Source of the DNA: Candidatus Crickella caballi
Lineage (GTDB): Bacteria; Bacillota; Clostridia; Peptostreptococcales; Anaerovoracaceae
DNA: 64,000 bases
Reading direction: 5' to 3'
Assembly (NCBI GenBank): GCA_018064665.1
Contig: JAGHUV010000028.1
Coordinates: 1,004 to 65,003, forward strand
Shown here: positions 57,378 through 64,000 of the stretch, piece by piece
How positions within the stretch are numbered: the stretch's first letter is position 1
Layout of the letters: each line of letters opens with the position of its first letter
Position numbers and translations under genes: made by a program
The notes under the pieces: model-generated
What the model was told of the DNA's origin: nothing
The model's input: only the letters and a program-made list of their open reading frames with translations
Database searches by the model: none

Positions 57378-58226
57378 ATGGCTGACAGAGAAGTTGTATT
57401 AAAGCTCTCCGACGTTACAATGCAGTTCGGAGGCGTTGTAGCTGTAGACAATCTTAATCTTGAGGTTCACAAGAACGAAATCGTTGGACTTATCGGTCCT
57501 AACGGTGCCGGAAAGACAACAGCTTTCAACGTTATTACAGGCGTATATGAGCCAACCAACGGTAATGTAGAGATCAACGGAGATGTTGTTATCGAAAATT
57601 ACCCACAGGGTAAGATGACGGATACGTACAAAGGACGTAACCAGGGTGTATATACTGAAGTCAAGACTATGCTTCCTGACGCAGTAACTAAGCTGGGCGT
57701 AGCTCGTACCTTCCAGAACATCAGACTTTTCAAGGGCATGACTGTACTTGAGAATGTACTTGTTGCAATGCATATGAATCAGAAGCAGAGCATATTCGGC
57801 GCTGCTTTCAGAAGCCCTCTTGCACGCAAGGAAGAGGCTGCAATGAGAGAAGAGGCACTTGAGCTCCTTAAGAAGGTAGACTTATATGAGAACAAAGACG
57901 ACCTTTCAACGTCACTTCCGTACGGAAAGCAGAGGCATCTGGAGATCGCACGTGCTCTGGCAACACACCCTACTATTCTGCTTCTCGACGAGCCTGCTGC
58001 AGGTATGAACCCGCAGGAGTCAGACGATCTTATGAAGTTCATCGGTCGTATCAGAGATGAGTTCGATCTTTCAATTCTTATGATCGAGCACCATATGCAG
58101 GTTATCATGGGTATCTGCGAACACATTTATGTACTTAACTACGGCGGTCAGATTGCAGACGGAACACCTGAAGAAATTCAGGCTAACCCTGCGGTTATTG
58201 AGGCTTATCTTGGAGGTGACGAATAA
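57378..58226 (+). CDS. livG: Branched-chain amino acid ABC transporter ATP-binding protein (LivG type)
   Basis: Walker A GPNGAGKTT, signature LPYGKQRHLEIARAL, Walker B ILLLDEPAAG. Confidence 0.92.
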   Translation: MADREVVLKLSDVTMQFGGVVAVDNLNLEVHKNEIVGLIGPNGAGKTTAFNVITGVYEPTNGNVEINGDVVIENYPQGKMTDTYKGRNQGVYTEVKTMLPDAVTKLGVARTFQNIRLFKGMTVLENVLVAMHMNQKQSIFGAAFRSPLARKEEAAMREEALELLKKVDLYENKDDLSTSLPYGKQRHLEIARALATHPTILLLDEPAAGMNPQESDDLMKFIGRIRDEFDLSILMIEHHMQVIMGICEHIYVLNYGGQIADGTPEEIQANPAVIEAYLGGDE

Positions 58227-58930
58227 TGCTGGCAATAAGAGATTTACATGTTTATTACGGCGGAATTCACGCTTTAAGAGGTATTGATATCGATGTTCCT
58301 GACGGAAAGATAATTTCACTTATCGGAGCTAACGGAGCAGGAAAGTCAACAACACTTAAGTCCATCATGGGACTTGTTCCTAAGGCTGAGGGACACGTTT
58401 ACTGGGATGATGTGGATATTACTTCCAGCAAGACTAAGGACATCGTAGGAGAGGGTATTATCCTTTGCCCTGAAGGCAGAAGAATTTTCCCTGACCTTAC
58501 AGTAGACGAGAACATCGCAGCAGGAGCATATCTCCGCAAGGACAAGGCTGAAATCGCAAGAGACAGAGAATGGGTATATGAGCTGTTCCCAAGACTGTCC
58601 GAGAGAACATGGCAGCTTGGTGCAACCCTGTCCGGAGGTGAGCAGCAGATGCTGGCTGTAGCAAGGGCGCTTATGTCCAAGCCAAAGCTTTTGATGCTTG
58701 ACGAGCCTTCACTCGGACTGGCACCATTGATTATTAAAGATATTTTCGCTATTATTGAGAAAATCAAAGCAGAAGGAGTAAACATCCTTCTTATCGAGCA
58801 GAATGCCAAGGCAGCACTTGACATTTCTGATTATGCATATGTAATGGAAACAGGCGTTATTACTATGGCAGGACCTGGTAAGGTGCTGCTTAATGACCCT
58901 AGAGTACAGCAGGCTTATTTGGGAGAATAA
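58226..58930 (+). CDS. livF: Branched-chain amino acid ABC transporter ATP-binding protein (LivF type)
   Basis: Walker A GANGAGKST, LSGGEQQMLAVARAL, LLMLDEPSLGL. Confidence 0.92.
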   Translation: MLAIRDLHVYYGGIHALRGIDIDVPDGKIISLIGANGAGKSTTLKSIMGLVPKAEGHVYWDDVDITSSKTKDIVGEGIILCPEGRRIFPDLTVDENIAAGAYLRKDKAEIARDREWVYELFPRLSERTWQLGATLSGGEQQMLAVARALMSKPKLLMLDEPSLGLAPLIIKDIFAIIEKIKAEGVNILLIEQNAKAALDISDYAYVMETGVITMAGPGKVLLNDPRVQQAYLGE

Positions 58931-61419
58931 TGATTAGCGGAGTAATGAAAATTGCAGTAAGTGGGATCATGATGGTCCTGCTTACTGCTGTTCTGTATAG
59001 ATACGAACAGAACCATCAGAAACTAAAAAATGAGAAGCGCATGACGTGGCAGATAGTAATCGGCATTGTTTATGGCTTCGTGGCAATTTGCGGAACTGAG
59101 TTTGGAGTGCAGTTTGAAGGCGCGGTTATGAACATCAGAGATGCTGCACCTCTTTGTGCTGGTCTTTTATTTGGCGCACCTGCCGGAATAATTGCAGGCC
59201 TTATAGGCGGCATCGAGAGATGGTTTGCAGTTTTTTGGGGTGCGGGCGAGTATACAAGGCTCGCATGTACACTGGGCACTATTATCGCAGGCTTTTTTGC
59301 TGCTTTTATTCGCAATAGCGTTCTGGAAAACAAGAGACCGGGATTTGTATATGCTTTTGCACTCGGAATGGTTACAGAGGTAACACACCTGTTGCTTGTA
59401 TTCCTCACAAATTTCGACGATACAGCGAATGCAATCAGGGTTGTAAGAGTCTGCACTCCGGTTATGATACCGGGGGTTGCGGCAACTGTATGTCTTTCAG
59501 CTCTTGTTCTAAACCTTATGAATAAGGATAAGTTCAAATTCAATCCCAAGAACAGAAAGATTGTCGAGGATCTGCAGGCGGGACTTCTAATAACTGTACT
59601 TATTACATTTGTTCTGACAAACGGTTTCGTACTTCTTATGCAGAACCATATGGCAGAAAAGCTTGCGTCAAACACAATCGCGCGGACATTAAATGACGTT
59701 AAGGCAGATTCAGCGGAGTCGGGATATACAGGTGATGAACTTACAAACTTCCTGGCAGAAGAAGTAAAGAACTGGCATATAGGAAAAGAGGGCTATATCG
59801 CAATCTTTAACGGTGACGGATATATTGTTACCGCGACAGAAGGTGCATTTTCACAAGAGGCTCTGGAGGCCCATTATGACCTTACCAATCTATACGCACA
59901 CAAGGAGTATTCTGTTTTCAAACAGCAGGTAAGCGGCCCGGACGATATATGCTACATTTCATATATCAAGATGGGAAAATACTGCGTGCTAGGATTATAT
60001 CCTGAGTCTGAGGCGGATCTCAGCAGAAATGTTTCACTGTATACGACGGCCTTCTTTGAAATCATCATTCTGGCGGTGCTTTTCATTCAGATATTTTTCC
60101 TGATAAGAGAAAAGGTTGTTAAGAGCATGCGCAAGGTTAATGATGATCTTGATCGAATCAGCTCAGGTGATCTGGATGTAAGAGTTAATATTGACTCCAA
60201 CAAAGAATTCGTTTCTCTTTCAGAAGATATAAATGAAACGGTAGATACTCTGAAGCACTATATTCAAGAGGCTTCAGCAAGAATAGATGCAGAGCTGCAG
60301 CTTGCCAAGGATATACAGTATTCAACACTTCCGAGAGTATATCCAAACGGAAGAAAGATGGAGCTTTATGCCAACATGATGGCGGCCAAAGAGGTTGGAG
60401 GTGACTTCTATGACTTCTATCCTGTAATGGGAAACAAGTTTGCTGTTCTTGTAGCGGATGTTTCGGGCAAAGGTATTCCGGCAGCTATGTTCATGATGAA
60501 AGCAAAGACTCTTATAAAGAGTCTTGTAGAGACAGGAGCTTCACCTGAAACGGCATTGACAAAGGCAAATGAAGAGCTTTGCGAAAACAATGACTCCGGA
60601 ATGTTTGTTACAGTTTGGCTTGGAATTATCGACCTTGATACGGGCTTAATTCAGTATGCCAATGCAGGACATAATCCTCCGATCATTATTCGAGAGAATA
60701 AAGAACTGGACTTCTCTGAGCAGAAGCCGGGCTTTGTCCTTGCAGGCCTTGAGGGTATTAAGTATGTGGGCCATGAGGTAACGCTGGAGAAGGGTGAGAC
60801 CATCTTTATGTATACAGATGGCGTAACCGAAGCTACAAATTCGTGCAACGAGCTTTATGGAGAGGAGCGTCTTGCTAATGCTCTCAGGAAGGTTGCCGGA
60901 ATGAATACAAGATATCTGTGCAAGTATGTTAAGGCAGATGTTGACAGATTTGTAGGTGCTGCGCCTCAGTTTGATGACATTACCATGATGGCAATCAGAA
61001 GGAAAAATGAACTGGACGGTTCTCTGAGCGTTAAGCCGGACAAAGAATCGATTGCAGAGGTAATGGAATACTTTGACAACTTCAATGAGGAAAACAAAAT
61101 TCCACTCTCGATGTCGGCTAAGATTATGGTAATCGTTGACGAATTATATTCCAATATCGTAAACTACAGTGGAGCGACATTTGCAAACATTTACTGCAGA
61201 CTTGAACAAAGTAAAGGCAGAATATGCATGTCGTTCGAGGACAACGGTATTGCATATAATCCACTTGATAAAGAAGATCCTGACATAACACTTTCAAGTG
61301 AAGAACGCGAGATAGGCGGACTTGGAATATTTATGGTCAAGGAAATGGCTGAGGACGTGAAATACAGTCGAATTAACGGTAACAATATTCTGGATGTAGT
61401 ACTGAGGAATGAGGGGTAA
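58930..61419 (+). CDS. Membrane sensor: 5TM LytS-type receptor + extracytoplasmic loop + HAMP + PP2C (SpoIIE/RsbU) phosphatase + RsbW/SpoIIAB-type HATPase kinase
   Basis: NIRDAAPLCAGLLFGAPAGIIAGLIGGIERW (5TMR-LYT). HAMP at about nt 60100-60290. PP2C at about 60295-61005 (EVGGDFYDF, ADVSGKGIPAA, YTDGVTEA, FDDITMMAI). HATPase at about 61020-61416 (DELYSNIVNY, EDNGIAYNP, GGLGIFMV). The ATG overlaps the livF stop. Confidence 0.85.
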   Translation: MISGVMKIAVSGIMMVLLTAVLYRYEQNHQKLKNEKRMTWQIVIGIVYGFVAICGTEFGVQFEGAVMNIRDAAPLCAGLLFGAPAGIIAGLIGGIERWFAVFWGAGEYTRLACTLGTIIAGFFAAFIRNSVLENKRPGFVYAFALGMVTEVTHLLLVFLTNFDDTANAIRVVRVCTPVMIPGVAATVCLSALVLNLMNKDKFKFNPKNRKIVEDLQAGLLITVLITFVLTNGFVLLMQNHMAEKLASNTIARTLNDVKADSAESGYTGDELTNFLAEEVKNWHIGKEGYIAIFNGDGYIVTATEGAFSQEALEAHYDLTNLYAHKEYSVFKQQVSGPDDICYISYIKMGKYCVLGLYPESEADLSRNVSLYTTAFFEIIILAVLFIQIFFLIREKVVKSMRKVNDDLDRISSGDLDVRVNIDSNKEFVSLSEDINETVDTLKHYIQEASARIDAELQLAKDIQYSTLPRVYPNGRKMELYANMMAAKEVGGDFYDFYPVMGNKFAVLVADVSGKGIPAAMFMMKAKTLIKSLVETGASPETALTKANEELCENNDSGMFVTVWLGIIDLDTGLIQYANAGHNPPIIIRENKELDFSEQKPGFVLAGLEGIKYVGHEVTLEKGETIFMYTDGVTEATNSCNELYGEERLANALRKVAGMNTRYLCKYVKADVDRFVGAAPQFDDITMMAIRRKNELDGSLSVKPDKESIAEVMEYFDNFNEENKIPLSMSAKIMVIVDELYSNIVNYSGATFANIYCRLEQSKGRICMSFEDNGIAYNPLDKEDPDITLSSEEREIGGLGIFMVKEMAEDVKYSRINGNNILDVVLRNEG

Positions 61420-61422
61420 AAG

Positions 61423-61719
61423 ATGGAAATTATTAAGAATCTTGACAGCGAGAAGCTGGAACTGCAGGTAAAGGGCAGACTTGATACAACAACTGCTCCT
61501 GAGCTTGAGGAGGTTATTAAGGGCTCCCTGAGCGGTGTAAAACAGCTCGTTCTGGATTTTGATGAGCTTGAGTACGTTTCATCTGCAGGACTGAGAGTTA
61601 TTCTTGGTGCGCAGAAGGCTATGAATCAGCAGGGAGAGATGAAGCTGATCAATGTCAGTGATGAGGTTATGAATGTGTTTGAAATAACCGGATTCGTTGA
61701 TATTCTCACTATAGAATAA
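61423..61719 (+). CDS. STAS-domain anti-sigma-factor antagonist (SpoIIAA/RsbV-like)
   Basis: 98 aa. LDFDELEYVSSAGLRVILG contains the conserved phosphorylatable Ser. Confidence 0.88.
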   Translation: MEIIKNLDSEKLELQVKGRLDTTTAPELEEVIKGSLSGVKQLVLDFDELEYVSSAGLRVILGAQKAMNQQGEMKLINVSDEVMNVFEITGFVDILTIE

Positions 61720-62765
61720 TGAAAAAAATATTTCTTTCATTCATTACACTGTTCTGCTGCATACTGCTCTGTTCATGCAGATCGGGTGAGAACGGTGAGG
61801 TATATGTATATTGCTACGGTGACTACTTTGATCCAATGGTTGCAGAGGAATTTGAGGAGGAGACCGGCATAAGAGTAATCCAGGATTACTATGATACCGC
61901 TGAAGAGATGTATACAGTTCTCGAAAACAATGCGACTACTTACGACTGCATCTGCACTTCGGACTATATGATAGAGAAGCTTGTGAACAATGACATGCTT
62001 GCTGAGCTCAATTATGAGAATATTCCGGAGGCAAAGAATATCGATGATATATATATGAAGAAGTCGGAAAGCTTCGATCCGGGTAACAAATACTCAATCC
62101 CGTATCAGGTAGGCATTCTCGGTATCGATTATAATACCAAGATGGTTGGTGATATTAAAATCGATTCATGGGAAGATCTCTGGAATGAAGAATTCGCAGA
62201 CCAGATGGTAATGCCTGACAGCGTAAGAGATGCTTTTGCAATAAGTCTTAAGAAAAACGGAGCCACGCTGAACTCTGAGGATGAGAAGGAAATAAAGGCA
62301 GCGGCCAAGGACCTTATTGCACAGAAGTCTATGGTATACAGATATGCCAACGATGCGGCAAGAGACCTTCTTGTTGATGGATCGGCTGCGGTTGGCGTAG
62401 TATGGAACGGTGAGTATCAGTATATTAAGGACCTCAACGAGGATTGTGAGTTCGTTGTACCTAAAGAAGGAAGCGAATTCTTTATCGATTCCTGGTTCAT
62501 TCCTAAGGATGCTATAAATAAGGCAAATGCGGAGGCCTGGATCAATTATCTGTGCCGTGCCGATGTAGCATATAAGAACTTCGAGTATCTTTACTACACT
62601 ACACCTAATAAGGCTGCGAAGGAGCTCATTGATGAGGAATATCTCGAAGATGAAGCAATCTTCCCAAGCGAAGAGCTTGTAGGAAAGTGCGAGTCACTCA
62701 AGACACTTGATAATAAAACAATGGATATTTACAGCATGAACTGGAAGAAAGTCAAGGCTGAATAA
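61719..62765 (+). CDS. PotD/PotF-like (spermidine/putrescine-type) ABC substrate-binding lipoprotein
   Basis: Lipobox ILLCSC-R. VYCYGDYFDP, DYMIEKL, VWNGEY, EGSEFFIDSWFIPK patterns of the PotD family. The ATG overlaps the STAS stop. No cognate permease or ATPase genes follow. Confidence 0.8.
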   Translation: MKKIFLSFITLFCCILLCSCRSGENGEVYVYCYGDYFDPMVAEEFEEETGIRVIQDYYDTAEEMYTVLENNATTYDCICTSDYMIEKLVNNDMLAELNYENIPEAKNIDDIYMKKSESFDPGNKYSIPYQVGILGIDYNTKMVGDIKIDSWEDLWNEEFADQMVMPDSVRDAFAISLKKNGATLNSEDEKEIKAAAKDLIAQKSMVYRYANDAARDLLVDGSAAVGVVWNGEYQYIKDLNEDCEFVVPKEGSEFFIDSWFIPKDAINKANAEAWINYLCRADVAYKNFEYLYYTTPNKAAKELIDEEYLEDEAIFPSEELVGKCESLKTLDNKTMDIYSMNWKKVKAE

Positions 62766-62787
62766 TTGTCCGCATAATATGAGTAAC

Positions 62788-62828
62788 AAACAGCTCCTAT
62801 CGGATCATTTCCGAAGAGGAGCTGTTTT
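62788..62828. terminator. Bidirectional rho-independent terminator
   Basis: AAACAGCTCCT ... AGGAGCTGTTT stem with T-run. It lies between convergent genes. Confidence 0.8.
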
Positions 62829-62877
62829 ATATGCTGCCGATAAAAGAGCGTTTAAGCTTTTAATATTGATATTTTGA

Positions 62878-64000
62878 TTAGCTCTGCTTTGATCTCAACT
62901 TTGCATTGATCCTGGAAACAGGCTTTTTCTTAGCTGCACCTTTGCTGTCCACGCTATTGCAGTCAGTATCAAGCGCCCTTGTTACAGGAATAGCACCAAG
63001 CTCGTCGAAATATTTCCTGTATCCGTCATTGTACATGGCCATATACTCTTCATTGTTGGAATGATGAAGCTCATGTACATAATTGTGCTCGCTTCCGATG
63101 ATGCTGTCGTCAGCTCTTCCGAGAAGATGTACAGCTACATCTGAGCACTTGTCTGATACGTGCTCAAGATTGGTAAGAATCGACTGGAAATATATTCCGC
63201 GGATAGGATTACACAATTGATTAACCATCCTGTAAACATGCCTTCCGTTCATATCCTCAATGAGGTCGTCGATGACCTCTTCAAGAGGCTCAACCTGCTT
63301 AGCAATCTGAATATCGTTTTCCTTGAATGCCCTTGTCGCAAGCTCGAGTATTTCGTAATCAGCATTGATTGCAATCTTGAGTTCTTCCATTCCGTTTGCT
63401 GAGAACATCAGGTTTTCTGCTCTGAGAGCCGCGATATCATGAGAAATATTAACGGCAAGGTCTCCAATGCGTTCATAACATATGAGCAGCTTGATAAGGA
63501 AGTTCTGCTCTCTTGTATCCTTTGCAAGAGATACGTGAGGCGAAAGTGCAACAACGTACTTGTTAGTGTTGTCGGCCATGGTATCAAGAAGCGTTTCTCT
63601 TTGCTCTATTCTTTCATCTCTGTAAGGATCGTATTCATACAATTGCTTAACACATGCATCGAAATTGTGAATTGCAATTTCACTCATTTCGATTACAACT
63701 CTTCTGACCTGATCGAGTGCAAGCGCAGGTGAGTTGAGGAGACGCTCATCGAGGGCGTCGAGTGCAGCAAGCGCATTTACATCCTCCTCGTGCACAGGCT
63801 CGTCCGGAACCAGCTTTACTGTGATTCTTTCAAACAGTTTTGTAAGCGGAAGAAGTGTTACGGCAGGAACAAGTCTGAAGAATCCGTGCAGATTGGCAAC
63901 GCCGCCGGAATTCAGAGTTTTGGTCCAAAGGGCTTCGTTTATGATACCTGTTGAGCGTCCGATTATTACAAGCAGAATGCAGAGCGCTGCAGCGAACACA
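62878..64000 (-). CDS. Na/Pi-cotransporter family protein, C-terminal part with PhoU-like repeats (N-terminus outside window)
   Basis: The last membrane helices are followed by two PhoU-like helical repeats (ERIGDLAVNI, LEHVSDKCSDVA). The frame is open to the window edge. Confidence 0.75.
   Translation of the reverse strand, partial: VFAAALCILLVIIGRSTGIINEALWTKTLNSGGVANLHGFFRLVPAVTLLPLTKLFERITVKLVPDEPVHEEDVNALAALDALDERLLNSPALALDQVRRVVIEMSEIAIHNFDACVKQLYEYDPYRDERIEQRETLLDTMADNTNKYVVALSPHVSLAKDTREQNFLIKLLICYERIGDLAVNISHDIAALRAENLMFSANGMEELKIAINADYEILELATRAFKENDIQIAKQVEPLEEVIDDLIEDMNGRHVYRMVNQLCNPIRGIYFQSILTNLEHVSDKCSDVAVHLLGRADDSIIGSEHNYVHELHHSNNEEYMAMYNDGYRKYFDELGAIPVTRALDTDCNSVDSKGAAKKKPVSRINAKLRSKQS

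Overview
The window looks like a chromosomal segment of a low-GC Firmicute. Gene order (tig-clpP-clpX-lon-engB-hpt, rplS-rbgA-rnhB, valS-folC) and the protein sequences suggest Clostridia or Lachnospiraceae, but that assignment is an inference. All calls come from reading motifs in the supplied ORF translations and the DNA; no database search was possible.

Most of the window is densely packed housekeeping genes:
- cysK/cysE, murI, trigger factor, ClpXP, Lon, Hpt, a XerD-like recombinase, L19, RbgA, ValRS, FolC and GlyA
- YchF, Lgt, FumC, malic enzyme, TrmL, a panE-yhdT-panF cluster and a Liv-type ABC importer

Also present are a six-gene tRNA operon (Met, Val, Asp, His, Gln, Cys), a small TetR-controlled detoxification-type cluster with crcB, and an SdpR/SdpI-like pair. 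I saw no rRNA, CRISPR array, transposase or prophage.

The regions worth a second look are:
1. A sensor protein that fuses a PP2C phosphatase to an RsbW-type kinase, followed by a STAS protein. Both are translationally coupled between the Liv ABC importer and an orphan PotD-like binding protein, and no sigma factor is nearby.
2. A 4-kb islet of uncharacterised genes directly downstream of the tRNA cluster: an XRE-HTH 478-aa protein, two small proteins, a lipoprotein and a triple zinc-ribbon protein.
3. A mini P-loop protein plus an orphan beta-class DNA methyltransferase with an unknown C-terminal domain.
4. A single ORF fusing RNase HII to an HBD-RNase HI module.
5. A 285-bp imperfect palindrome in the long gap upstream of cysK.
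6. An orphan HypA next to an 895-aa Fe-S flavoprotein and an OFA-type MFS transporter.
7. A decayed gene remnant between trmL and panE.
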